Shown one piece after another: positions 17,520 to 26,868 of a DNA stretch of 32,000 nucleotides. This stretch comes from Tepidanaerobacter acetatoxydans Re1 (GTDB lineage: Bacteria; Bacillota; Thermosediminibacteria; Thermosediminibacterales; Tepidanaerobacteraceae). Both the position numbers and the translations under genes were made by a program. The notes beneath the pieces were generated by a model. The model did not search any database. It saw only the letters and a program-made list of their open reading frames with translations, and had not been told where the DNA came from. How positions within the stretch are numbered: position 1 is the first letter of the stretch; the number at the start of each line of letters is the position of its first letter. The DNA lies in contig NC_019954.2 in NCBI RefSeq assembly GCF_000328765.2, positions 1,624,516 through 1,656,515 on the forward strand. Reading direction: 5' to 3'.

Positions 17520-17835
17520 CTTGGGTTACATATATCTTGTCATTGCAATGGGAATCGTAACTTATCTTCCGAGAATGTTGCCTGCGACTTTGCTGTCAAA
17601 CAGAAAAATCCCAGAATTTTTTATAAAGTTCTTGAGATTTGTTCCTGCGGCAGTGCTTTCTGCGCTGTTTTTCCCCGGTGTAATTATGGCAGAAAATAAA
17701 TTGAATATTACTTTCTCTAACCCCCTGTTATTAGCTTCTTTGCTGACCTTTCCCATCGCTTACAAAACAAGAAACATGTTTGCAACTGTGCTGTCAGGAA
17801 TGGGTTTTGTTATATTATTCAATTACATTATATAA
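17509..17835 (+). CDS. azlD: Branched-chain amino acid transport protein, AzlD family
   Basis: AMGIVTYLPRMLPATLLSNRKIPEFFIKFLRFVPAAVLSALFFPG; overlaps the end of azlC. Confidence 0.92.
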   Translation: MKIDLGYIYLVIAMGIVTYLPRMLPATLLSNRKIPEFFIKFLRFVPAAVLSALFFPGVIMAENKLNITFSNPLLLASLLTFPIAYKTRNMFATVLSGMGFVILFNYII

Positions 17836-18056
17836 AAATATTTTGTTTACGAAGTTGTTTCTACGGATATGAGGATTTTTTCCGTCAAGCGCCGGATGAA
17901 CACTTATGAAAACATAAGCTTCTGATGGTTCCCTGAGAATAATTTGAAATACCCTGATTCATGCATATAGGATATGGCATGTTCATGGCAGGATTGGCAA
18001 TATTTTCAGCCTATATAATGAGACGATGCGGTTTGAAAAAATCGCTTTGGGATGTA

Positions 18057-18085
18057 TTGACATAAAAACGATAAGAAGGTATAAT
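18057..18085 (+). promoter_or_regulatory. Consensus sigma-A promoter of tRNA-Leu
   Basis: TTGACA (18057-18062), 17-nt spacer, TATAAT (18080-18085), 15 nt before the tRNA. Confidence 0.85.
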
Positions 18086-18099
18086 GTTTATTGTCATAT

Positions 18100-18184
18100 G
18101 CGGGGATGGCGGAACTGGCAGACGCGTACGTTTGAGGGGCGTATGGGTTATCCCGTGCGGGTTCAATTCCCGCTCTCCGCACCA
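18100..18184 (+). tRNA. tRNA-Leu, anticodon GAG
   Basis: Acceptor GCGGGGA/TCTCCGC, A73 and encoded CCA; anticodon stem TACGT/GCGTA with loop TTGAGGG (GAG); long variable arm; T arm GCGGGTTCAATTCCCGC. Confidence 0.93.
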
Positions 18185-18206
18185 TAATCATACTAAGTAA
18201 ATTTCA

Positions 18207-18230
18207 AGCGAGCTATATTGCTCGCTTTTT
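18207..18230 (+). terminator. Rho-independent terminator of tRNA-Leu
   Basis: AGCGAGC-TATATT-GCTCGCT followed by TTTT. Confidence 0.85.
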
Positions 18231-18337
18231 AAGTGTACTTATTTTAAAGCCTGCTAGCTATGCCCGTAATTTCAAAATGCTTATAGTCTGTTGCCAGCAA
18301 AATACTTTTATATGCTAAAATAAAATGGCCCGGAATT

Positions 18338-18484
18338 TTAAGTTGTCAAAAACTTGAGCACATAATATATCGCTATAACGGCACCAAATATAATAAGCAC
18401 TGGGGGCAGCAGCAACTCAAATGCTGCTATTATCATTGCTAAGATATCTTTTGCATCTAAATTGGGTTTTTTAGGTGAATTCAT
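18338..18484 (-). CDS. 48-aa predicted single-pass membrane protein (not in ORF track)
   Basis: Translated manually: MNSPKKPNLDAKDILAMIIAAFELLLPPVLIIFGAVIAIYYVLKFLTT*; its ATG overlaps the upstream TGA (ATGA). Confidence 0.65.
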   Translation of the reverse strand: MNSPKKPNLDAKDILAMIIAAFELLLPPVLIIFGAVIAIYYVLKFLTT

Positions 18485-20109
18485 TGTTTAATCCACCACT
18501 CATTTATATTATTGAACAGGTTTATGGGGTCAGGCTCGACTCCTTTTAACCTTTTGTTTAAAGCTAAAATTTCATTAGGACTGTAAAGAAACAGATATGG
18601 TAAATCACGGTTTATAATTTCTTGAGCCTCATACAAAAGTTCCTTTTTGCTTTCATAATCTGTCTTAGCTTGAATCAAAATATCATCAAGTTCGGGATTT
18701 GAATATGATACAAAGTTATACCCGTTCTTTATTTCACTGCTGGCGAACATAAACTGCAAATCCGGATTAGGCGCAAGTTTCCACCCCATAACAGCAGTAT
18801 CGTATTTTTTGCTCATAACCTTGCTTTTTAATTCATCCCATGTGACATTTGTAAGTTTAACAGAAATACCTAAGTCTTTTAAATCCTTTTCTATATGGGA
18901 TGCCGTTTGATATCGAGCTCCGTTTGAAGTATTAACCAATAACTCGAATTCGAGTTTATATTTCTTTTTACCAATGGTTTTCTCTAAAATTCCATCATCA
19001 TCTTTGTCTTCCCAACCTGCTTCTTTAAGTTTTTGTGCTGCCGTTCTCTTGTTATACATTATCTGTTGCATATTAGAATTAAAAGCCCACGAATAAGGTA
19101 AAATTGGACCGTCAATCACTAAACCCCGTCCTAAAGTTGTATCCTGGAGAATTCTGTTTCGATCAATTCCCATAAGCATAGCTTGGCGCACATTAACATC
19201 ACTTAATATGGGATTGGTTAAGTTTACTGCGATAAATTCAAAATATCTTGAGGGATATTGAAGCAGATAAACATCTTCCATTTCATGGAATACATTCCAA
19301 TCCTCCGGTTCAATATTAATCATATCAACTGCCCGCTTGTTAAATGCTTCCTTGATAGCAGTATTATCCGGGAAAATTTTGATATTCATTCCTTCTATAT
19401 ATGGTTTTTCACCAAAATAGTCATCATTTCTCCTTAAGCTTACTGAGTCGCTTGACCTACTAACTACTTTAAAAGGCCCTGTACCGATATATTCAGACGC
19501 TGTTTTTTCTGTACCTTTACTTGTTTTTAATGTTTCAATAAATGATGCTGAAAGGATGCCTCTAGTCATGCCGTATAAAAAATCAGCATCAGGTTTATAT
19601 AAAGAAATAATAAAAGTATTTTTATCCAACGCTTCGTAGCTTTGAATATTGTCAAATTCAGCAAAATCCGGTCTTTCAACTTTTTTTACAGATTTTTTTA
19701 ATTCTTTTATTCTATCAAAGGTAGCTTTGACATCTGCTGATGAAAATGTTTCCCCATTATGCCATTTTACATCAGTTCTTAGATTGATAGTGTATATTTT
19801 ACCATCCTCATCAATTTGCCAACTTTCAGCAAGAGCAGGTTGTAGCATACCTTGACCATCGATTCTCACAAGGCCTTCGTAAATAAGGCTTAAAATTGCC
19901 TTTGTTTCCTCATCATTTGCCATTAAAGGGTCCATGTTTAAATTCGAAGTTGTGGCAAGACTAACCGTTCCGCCGCTTTGAGGGGATTCAGCCACTTCTT
20001 GTTTCTCCGGTTCCTTTGGCTCAATAGGGCTTAAATGCTCTGTATCGGAACAAGCTGTGCTAAAAAATACCGTTATAAATATTAATATTGCTATCAGTTT
20101 TCTTTTCAT
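18481..20109 (-). CDS. Peptide/oligopeptide ABC transporter substrate-binding lipoprotein (OppA/DppA family)
   Basis: MKRKLIAILIFITVFFSTACSDTEH lipobox; LVRIDGQGMLQPALAESWQIDEDGKIYTINLRTDVKWHNGETFSSADVKATFDRI. Start revised from 20145 to ATG 20109. Confidence 0.92.
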   Translation of the reverse strand: MKRKLIAILIFITVFFSTACSDTEHLSPIEPKEPEKQEVAESPQSGGTVSLATTSNLNMDPLMANDEETKAILSLIYEGLVRIDGQGMLQPALAESWQIDEDGKIYTINLRTDVKWHNGETFSSADVKATFDRIKELKKSVKKVERPDFAEFDNIQSYEALDKNTFIISLYKPDADFLYGMTRGILSASFIETLKTSKGTEKTASEYIGTGPFKVVSRSSDSVSLRRNDDYFGEKPYIEGMNIKIFPDNTAIKEAFNKRAVDMINIEPEDWNVFHEMEDVYLLQYPSRYFEFIAVNLTNPILSDVNVRQAMLMGIDRNRILQDTTLGRGLVIDGPILPYSWAFNSNMQQIMYNKRTAAQKLKEAGWEDKDDDGILEKTIGKKKYKLEFELLVNTSNGARYQTASHIEKDLKDLGISVKLTNVTWDELKSKVMSKKYDTAVMGWKLAPNPDLQFMFASSEIKNGYNFVSYSNPELDDILIQAKTDYESKKELLYEAQEIINRDLPYLFLYSPNEILALNKRLKGVEPDPINLFNNINEWWIKQ

Positions 20110-20206
20110 GGACGGCACCCCAATAAAATCATTTCTAAATTGCAATTTAAATAATGCCTCAATAATGCTTCGGTTTTCATGTTTATTATATTATATATAT
20201 ATTGGA

Positions 20207-21241
20207 TCACTTCATTCTTTTAAGTTTAGGATTATCCTTTAATCCGGGAATTCGACCTCGTTTGGCAACAGGTGTGCCATCTACCATTTTTAGATCCAAT
20301 GTCATATCTATAGGTGTAGCACCGGATATATAGCTGCCAACGCCAAAAGCATCTGCTCCGGCTTCAATAAGAATCTTTATTCTTTCAGGGCTAAGACCTC
20401 CTGATACAAATATTTTTACATAATCATAGCCCTTTTGGTCTAATCGCTTTCTAATTTCATATATAAGCTCCGGTGTGACACCCCCGCGTTCACTTGGAGT
20501 ATCCAGCCTTACACCTTCCAAGTCCTTTCCTAAAGCCATAGCTACATTTAATGCTTCCTCAGCTTCATCTTTAAAGGTATCTACAAGAATTATTCTCGGA
20601 GAATCTGGCGGCATAATCTCATCATAGGCTTTTGCTACTTTAACAGTATCTCCTGCCATTATTATAGCCGCATGGGGAATAGTCCCGGAGGGTTCTCTGC
20701 CCAGAAGTTTCGCTGCTAAAATGCAGCTGGCATTATCAGCACCACCTACTACTGCCGCTCTCTCCATAACCGGTGCAACAGCCGGATGGACATGTCTTGC
20801 ACCAAAACATATGCAAGTCTTATCTCCTGCAGCTTCACGGCAACTGCGTGCTGCTGTCGCCCATCCACTAGGATGTGCCATCATCCCAAGAAGAACCGTT
20901 TCATATATGCCAAACTCTTCATAAGAACCTCTTATTCTCATAACCGTGTCTTTTGGCTCGAAGGTCTCACCTTCCGGAAGGGCATATATTTCAATGTTTT
21001 TGTTCTGTAAAAGACTTAAAACCTCTTCAACGCCGCACATAACGCCAGATTTTCTGGGGAACACTTCAGCCACCACTTCTTTTGTTGAAATATTCATATG
21101 CCGCAAAATTTCCATGGTTTTAATAAAATATATATCTGTTGTCATTCCGGCAAGTATCTCGTCGTGATTGGCTGAGAACAATCGCCTTTTTGAATCAATT
21201 TTAATGTTTTTGACATCATTTAATGATTTGATTTCTTCCAT
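20207..21241 (-). CDS. pncB: Nicotinate phosphoribosyltransferase
   Basis: NHDEILAGMTTDIYFIKTMEIL, FGARHVHPAVAPVMERAAVVGGADNASCILAAKLLGREPSGTIPHA, VFVSGGLSPERIKILIEAGADAFGVGSYIS. Confidence 0.88.
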   Translation of the reverse strand: MEEIKSLNDVKNIKIDSKRRLFSANHDEILAGMTTDIYFIKTMEILRHMNISTKEVVAEVFPRKSGVMCGVEEVLSLLQNKNIEIYALPEGETFEPKDTVMRIRGSYEEFGIYETVLLGMMAHPSGWATAARSCREAAGDKTCICFGARHVHPAVAPVMERAAVVGGADNASCILAAKLLGREPSGTIPHAAIIMAGDTVKVAKAYDEIMPPDSPRIILVDTFKDEAEEALNVAMALGKDLEGVRLDTPSERGGVTPELIYEIRKRLDQKGYDYVKIFVSGGLSPERIKILIEAGADAFGVGSYISGATPIDMTLDLKMVDGTPVAKRGRIPGLKDNPKLKRMK

Positions 21242-21260
21242 AAAGCAAACCTCTCTCTTA

Positions 21261-21719
21261 TTATTTTATGTATTTCATAATTACTGCAACTATGCCCGCA
21301 GCTGTAAGCGGGCCAACGGGAACACCTTTGAAAAATGCTATACCTATGAGAGAACCAAGTATAATACCCACAACCACCTGAGGACTTTCCGCTATTAAAT
21401 TGGTCCCTTTACCGGAAAGAATTACCGTAAGAGCTCCTGCTAATAGTGCTGCAAGAGCTGAAGGGTTTTTTAAAGCTCCATTCACATCTTTTATGGTGAT
21501 TTTACCTGTTGCAAAAGGAGCAATAATTCCCATGGTTAAAATGATTATACCCCATTTTAATGCATTTTTGTCAATAAAAATTAATACTTGCTTTAAATTA
21601 ATAAGTTTTAAGCCAAGAATTACAGTAGCAGCTAAAGCAAGCGAATTGTTTTTTGAAAGTACCCCTAAAATAAGTATTACTAAAATTATTAATACTCCTT
21701 GATCCATAAAAATGTTCAC
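21261..21719 (-). CDS. DUF441 family (YeaL-like) membrane protein
   Basis: Four-helix hydrophobic protein with NALKWGIIILTMGIIAPFATGKI and GIIVGSLIGIAFFKGVPVGPLTAAG. Confidence 0.88.
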   Translation of the reverse strand: MNIFMDQGVLIILVILILGVLSKNNSLALAATVILGLKLINLKQVLIFIDKNALKWGIIILTMGIIAPFATGKITIKDVNGALKNPSALAALLAGALTVILSGKGTNLIAESPQVVVGIILGSLIGIAFFKGVPVGPLTAAGIVAVIMKYIK

Positions 21720-21720
21720 C

Positions 21721-22266
21721 TCACAGCTTATAAAGTCGCTTGTACCACTTATAGGACTTTATTACCTTTGCAACAAAATTTCTGGTTTCCGAAAACGGAA
21801 TCTCGTCTATTGTTTTTTCTTCAAAACTACCTTGTGCTTGCCAATCGGCTACATTACCTCGACCACCGTTATATGCAGCCAAAGTTAAAATAATATCATC
21901 ATCAAATTCATTAAGCAGCGAGGCAAGATACCATGTTCCAATTCTTATATTAAGATCCGGGTTGTCAATATCTGATATATCAATATTTTGTATTCCCATT
22001 TTTTCTGCAGCCCAAAGAGCAGTTTCGGGCATTAACTGCATAAGACCTATGGCACCCTGTGTTGATACGGCTTTAGGCGAAAAATTGCTTTCGACTTTTA
22101 TTACTGATGCCACAAGATATGGATCAACGTTGTATTCTGTCGCATACCGAACAATGGATTCTTCATATTTAAGTGGATAAATGTACTTCATGAACCAATA
22201 TATATTATTGTATAAGGTAAAAATACCAATAATTATTATCAATATTGCTGCAGCTTTTTTAGACAC
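21721..22266 (-). CDS. Lytic transglycosylase (Slt-type)
   Basis: YNVDPYLVASVIKVESNFSPKAVSTQGAIGLMQLMPETALWAA; N-terminal TM. The exact start is uncertain (track gives 22287). Confidence 0.92.
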   Translation of the reverse strand: MSKKAAAILIIIIGIFTLYNNIYWFMKYIYPLKYEESIVRYATEYNVDPYLVASVIKVESNFSPKAVSTQGAIGLMQLMPETALWAAEKMGIQNIDISDIDNPDLNIRIGTWYLASLLNEFDDDIILTLAAYNGGRGNVADWQAQGSFEEKTIDEIPFSETRNFVAKVIKSYKWYKRLYKL

Positions 22267-22268
22267 AA

Positions 22269-22871
22269 CTATGAAATTTCCCTCCAAATTTCATCTATCT
22301 GTTCCCTCGTTTCTTCTATGCCGGCATTATTGTCTATCACCCTATTTGCATATTTTAATTTTTCTTTTAATGGCATCTGAGACTTTATCCTATTTAAAGC
22401 TTGAGCATGAGCCATATCCTTTTCTCGCATTATTAATCTTTTTATCTGGGTTTTTTCATCAACAGCCACCAGCCACACTTCATCTACCAAGGCATCTAAA
22501 CCCGACTCCAAAAGCAGCGCCGCATCAATAACTATTACTTTTCTTCCAGCTTTTTTATAGTTTTCCAGTTGTTTTTTTATTTCTTTTAAAATTTCCGGAT
22601 GTGTAAGACTGTTCAGAGCCTCTAGCTGGATTCTATCTGAAAATACAATATCGGCAAGTTTTTTTCTATCTATATCGCTTTTATCATCATTTAATATCTG
22701 TTCTCCAAAATGATTTACTACATTAATCCATACAGGCTTACCCTTTGACATTATTTCTTTTGCTATTTCATCTGCATCTATTATAGCAGCACCTTTGTCC
22801 TTAAGCAATGACGATACTGTACTTTTCCCACTGGCTATGCCACCGGTAAGACCTACCACGGTCAAAGCCAT
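22269..22871 (-). CDS. coaE: Dephospho-CoA kinase
   Basis: VVGLTGGIASGKSTVSSLLKDKGAAIIDADEIAKEI P-loop. The start is uncertain among 22895, 22871 and 22865. Confidence 0.95.
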   Translation of the reverse strand: MALTVVGLTGGIASGKSTVSSLLKDKGAAIIDADEIAKEIMSKGKPVWINVVNHFGEQILNDDKSDIDRKKLADIVFSDRIQLEALNSLTHPEILKEIKKQLENYKKAGRKVIVIDAALLLESGLDALVDEVWLVAVDEKTQIKRLIMREKDMAHAQALNRIKSQMPLKEKLKYANRVIDNNAGIEETREQIDEIWREIS

Positions 22872-22879
22872 CCCTCCTT

Positions 22880-25483
22880 CTACAGTTCTTCCCAATTATA
22901 ACCCTGTTTAAAATCCACTACAAGTGGTACCCTTAAAGGAATAGCATTTTCCATATGCTGCTTTAGTATCTCTTTAACAGCAGTAAGCTCTTCTTCGGGC
23001 ACATCTAAAATAAGTTCATCATGCACCTGTAAAAGAATCTTGGCCTTTAAATTGTTCTGTCTTAAATTATCATGTACTTTGACCATGGCTATTTTGATTA
23101 TATCGGCAGCACTGCCTTGAATGGGTGTATTTACAGCCGTCCGTTCTGCAAAGGATCGCAGGTGATAATTTCGACTATTGATGTCAGGAATATAGCGGCG
23201 GCGATTAAGCAGTGTGGTAACATATCCTAAGGCTTTGGCCGACCTTATGGTTTCCCTTATATAGTCTCTCACTCCCGGATATCTTGCAAAATACGCATCT
23301 ATATATTCCTTTGCTTCTTGGTTCGATATTCCTAAGTTTTGAGCCAGACCATAATCACTTATTCCATAAATTATTCCAAAGTTTACTGCCTTTGCCTTAT
23401 CTCTTAGCAATGGAGTTACTTCTTCCGGTGGCACGCCAAAAACCTCACTGGCTGTACGCCTATGGATGTCCTCACCGCTAACAAAAGCTTCAATCAAACC
23501 GGGGTCTTGTGACATATGTGCCAAAACTCTAAGCTCAATCTGGGAGTAATCTCCGGATAAAAGCACATGACCGGGCCCGTCAGACGTAAAAACTCCGCGA
23601 ATATGCTTGCCTTCTTCGGTTTTTACAGGTATGTTTTGAAGATTTGGTTCTGTGCTGCTGATACGCCCTGTAGATGTCACCGTTTGATTAAAGCTTGTAT
23701 AAATCCTGCCTGTCTTTTTATCCACCAAAGCAGAAAGCCCATCAGCATAAGTAGATTTCATCTTCATTAAAAAACGGTATTCTAAAATCTTTTCTATTAT
23801 AGGATGGGACGGTCTTAATTTTTCTAAAACTTCAGCATCGGTAGAGTAGCCTGTCTTAGTTCTTTTGATAACAGGCAATGAAAGTTTTTCGAATAATATT
23901 TCACCAAGCTGTTTAGGTGAATTTATATTAAATTCTGTACCAGCTAAATCATATATCTCTTCGGTCAAAGCAGCAAGTTTTTTGCCAAATCTTTCAGACA
24001 GCTCTTGCAGCTTGGCAAAATCCACCTTTATTCCTGCATGTTCCATATCTGCTAAAACAACGCTAAATGGCATTTCAACCTCATAAAAGAGTTTATCCAT
24101 TAAACAATCCTTTATTTTCTCATCCATGATTTTCTTGAGTTCAAAAAGATATGATGTCTTTTCATCAAAACTGGGAATATCCGACATCGTCTTTCCTAAA
24201 TATTCCATAACAAGTATCGGTATATCATAACGAGGTTTTGATGATTCCAAAAGGTAGGCAGCTAACATAGTGTCAAACTGGCACCTGAAATCTATGCCTA
24301 ACTGTCTCAAAACATTTCTTGTAAATTTACCGTCATGAGTGATTTTATATATAGCAGTATCTTCTAAAATTTGCTTTAAAAATGAAATACTGCTATTTTC
24401 TTTCAATAATTTATGACTAATGAAATAACACTTATTTTCCACTGAAATATATATACCATCTGTTGCATATGATACCAAGTCTTTTTTTTCAGCATCGACA
24501 AGAACCGCAATATTTTTTGAGGAGTTAATTTTTTTCACTAATTTCTGCAGTGCATTATTGTCTTCAATATTTTGCGTCGTCTCAGTATCAAACTCTTTCG
24601 TATCTATAGAATTTGCAGGTATTTTGACCCTGTCAATTAAACTGTAAAACTCCAGATCCCTAAATAAGTTTATCAATTTATCATAATCCGGTTCACAGTA
24701 AACAATATCGTCAGGGTTGAATTCCAAAGGGACATCTCTAACAATTGTAGCTAGGTATTTACTCGCTTCAGCTTGTTCGGCATATTTTTCTAAATTTTCT
24801 CTGACCTTACCTTTTAGCTTATCAGTATTCTTTAAAACATTATCTAATGTTTTAAATTCCTGAATCAACTTTGCAGCAGTTTTTTCACCTACTCCCGGCA
24901 CTCCAGGTATATTGTCGGATTTATCTCCCATCAAACCCTTCATATCGGCTACAGCTTCCGGGCGTATGCCATACCTTGATTTTACCTTTTCCGTGTCATA
25001 GGTTTCCATTTCGGAAATGCCTTTTTTCGTAAGTAGAACATTGGTATTTGAAGAAACTAACTGCAAAGCATCCTTATCGCCAGTTACAATTATGGAAAAA
25101 ATACCTTCCTGCTCTCCTTTTTTTGAAATTGTCCCCAATATATCATCTGCCTCGAAACCATCTGCTTCAATAAAATTAATGTTAAGTGCTTTTAGTATTT
25201 CTTTCAAAATGTCAAACTGCCCTATTAACTCATCAGGAGTCTTAGGCCTTGTAGCTTTATAAGCCGCATATTCGTCATGTCTGAATGTTGGACCTTTTTT
25301 ATCAAAAGCTACCGTTACATAATCCGGATTTTCTTCTTGTAAGATTCTAAATAACATATTAAGAAAACCATATACCGCATTAGTATGCACACCCTTGGAC
25401 GTTCTCAGGGGCGGTAGTGCATGAAAAGCTCTGTGAAGTAAACTATTTCCGTCAATCAATAGCATTTTCTTCATACTACTCAA
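22880..25483 (-). CDS. polA: DNA polymerase I
   Basis: 5'-3' exonuclease domain (LLIDGNSLLHRAFHALPPL...) and family A motifs DYSQIELRVLAHMS, RDKAKAVNFGIIYG, QVHDELI. Confidence 0.98.
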   Translation of the reverse strand: MSSMKKMLLIDGNSLLHRAFHALPPLRTSKGVHTNAVYGFLNMLFRILQEENPDYVTVAFDKKGPTFRHDEYAAYKATRPKTPDELIGQFDILKEILKALNINFIEADGFEADDILGTISKKGEQEGIFSIIVTGDKDALQLVSSNTNVLLTKKGISEMETYDTEKVKSRYGIRPEAVADMKGLMGDKSDNIPGVPGVGEKTAAKLIQEFKTLDNVLKNTDKLKGKVRENLEKYAEQAEASKYLATIVRDVPLEFNPDDIVYCEPDYDKLINLFRDLEFYSLIDRVKIPANSIDTKEFDTETTQNIEDNNALQKLVKKINSSKNIAVLVDAEKKDLVSYATDGIYISVENKCYFISHKLLKENSSISFLKQILEDTAIYKITHDGKFTRNVLRQLGIDFRCQFDTMLAAYLLESSKPRYDIPILVMEYLGKTMSDIPSFDEKTSYLFELKKIMDEKIKDCLMDKLFYEVEMPFSVVLADMEHAGIKVDFAKLQELSERFGKKLAALTEEIYDLAGTEFNINSPKQLGEILFEKLSLPVIKRTKTGYSTDAEVLEKLRPSHPIIEKILEYRFLMKMKSTYADGLSALVDKKTGRIYTSFNQTVTSTGRISSTEPNLQNIPVKTEEGKHIRGVFTSDGPGHVLLSGDYSQIELRVLAHMSQDPGLIEAFVSGEDIHRRTASEVFGVPPEEVTPLLRDKAKAVNFGIIYGISDYGLAQNLGISNQEAKEYIDAYFARYPGVRDYIRETIRSAKALGYVTTLLNRRRYIPDINSRNYHLRSFAERTAVNTPIQGSAADIIKIAMVKVHDNLRQNNLKAKILLQVHDELILDVPEEELTAVKEILKQHMENAIPLRVPLVVDFKQGYNWEEL

Positions 25484-25536
25484 CTCCTATTTTACTACTA
25501 TTATTTCACCAAAAATTATTAAAAACCTGCAAGGAA

Positions 25537-25567
25537 ACAAAAAAATCCCTATATCTTTAGGGATTTA
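25537..25567 (-). terminator. Rho-independent terminator downstream of the DUF4349 gene
   Basis: Minus strand AAATCCCTA-AAGATA-TAGGGATTT followed by a T-run. Confidence 0.8.
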
Positions 25568-25570
25568 AGG

Positions 25571-26836
25571 CTAGCCTTTCTTTTTTCGACTAGTAAATCT
25601 TTTAATAATCGAGTAAATGCATTTAAACAAAACACCTGCTGCAATTGCTATGGGCAGCAAGGCCCCAACAACTTCCGCTAAAGATACCAATATATTTAAT
25701 AAAAAGTTTATCGCTATGATAAAACCTTGCTTCGCTCTTCGAAACAATTCCTGTAAATTTAATGTGCCAAGTTTTTCTTTCGAAGGTTCCTGTTCAATTA
25801 AATTTAAATTTACAAGAGACATTTCCACCATCTTATCCCACGCAACAAGTTGACCCGTCAGTGTATCAATATCTGTTCTTACACGATTGAGTTCATTTTC
25901 TATTTTTAATACTTCGTCGACACTTTTTGCCATTTGCAATATTTCAAGAAGCCTTTGTTCTTGCTGCTCAAGATTACGAACTCTTGCGGCTGTATCATAA
26001 TATGCCTCGGTAATGTTCTCTCCGCCTATGTGCTGGCTGCTGACTTTTCCCATAGCTTTGAACATATCTAAAGCTTTTGTTAGTTCCGCTTGAGGTATTC
26101 TTATAGTAATATAAGCTCTCCGGGATGAGTCGGCGGATACTGAACCGTCTATTTGGCTGCTTTCTATATAGCCTCCTAATTCATCGACAAAATTTATAAT
26201 TTTATCGACTTTTTCATCAAAATTCTCTACATATATAGATATGTCGGCATTTTTAATGATTTTTTGTTCTCTTTCCTTAGCGGCAAATGTCTTCAAACTC
26301 CGCCCTGATGTGTTCACATCTTGGGCTCCATCAAAACTTTCATTTTCGACCTGAGCCTCACCGCTCCTCATCTCATAAGGTTCGGCAGCAGGTGCTGAAA
26401 TCTGCGGTGCTTCATCCTTTATACTGTTTTTAGTATAATTCATACTAAGAATTCCCATTTTGGATAAAGTAACCACAAATACACCGATGATAAGTACGCT
26501 CATCACCGCAGTAAATGCCTTCTTGTTATAATAATATGAATTTGATATAAATGCGGGAATACTTCTTAAAAATCGTATAAAACGCGATGATTTATCAACC
26601 GGTCTTTGCTCGGAAGCAATGCTGTTAATTTTTTCCATTAGGTTGGGTGCAAAATTTGGTGGCAACTCAACTTGTTCCAAAGAACCGGCTGCTTTTATTA
26701 TTTGTTGAAGTTCTTTTACTTCTTGCCGGCAATCAGAGCAGACTTTTATATGTTCTTCTAAAATATTCTTTTCTTCAGCAGTTACCAGGCCTTCTACATA
26801 TTTATCAATCAAATCTTCGTAAATTTTGCATGCCAC
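25571..26836 (-). CDS. Anti-sigma-factor-like protein: zf-HC2 domain, TM segment, DUF4349-like extracytoplasmic domain, C-terminal TM
   Basis: Zinc finger EEHIKVCSDCRQEV, TM AVMSVLIIGVFVVTL, DUF4349-like ADISIYVENFDEKVDKIINFVDELGGYIESSQIDG; GTG 26836 follows a G-rich SD. Confidence 0.85.
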   Translation of the reverse strand: MACKIYEDLIDKYVEGLVTAEEKNILEEHIKVCSDCRQEVKELQQIIKAAGSLEQVELPPNFAPNLMEKINSIASEQRPVDKSSRFIRFLRSIPAFISNSYYYNKKAFTAVMSVLIIGVFVVTLSKMGILSMNYTKNSIKDEAPQISAPAAEPYEMRSGEAQVENESFDGAQDVNTSGRSLKTFAAKEREQKIIKNADISIYVENFDEKVDKIINFVDELGGYIESSQIDGSVSADSSRRAYITIRIPQAELTKALDMFKAMGKVSSQHIGGENITEAYYDTAARVRNLEQQEQRLLEILQMAKSVDEVLKIENELNRVRTDIDTLTGQLVAWDKMVEMSLVNLNLIEQEPSKEKLGTLNLQELFRRAKQGFIIAINFLLNILVSLAEVVGALLPIAIAAGVLFKCIYSIIKRFTSRKKKG

Positions 26837-26868
26837 GTTGCTTCCCCCCTTTTTATAAAATTTAGACG

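Noticed and set aside
18006-18191. Minus-strand 61-aa ORF (MIMVRRAGIEPARDNPYAPQTYASASSAIPA...)
   Set aside because: It is the antisense translation of tRNA-Leu and its promoter; RAGIEPARD-type peptides are a classic tRNA-derived annotation artefact.
22181-22531. Plus-strand 116-aa ORF
   Set aside because: Antisense to the lytic transglycosylase start and coaE, with no family resemblance.
22880-25483. Possible novelty in DNA polymerase I: the 3'-5' exonuclease region lacks an obvious DEDD acidic set
   Set aside because: Loss of proofreading residues in Pol I is well known in Bacillus/Clostridia and thermophiles, so it is not unusual here.
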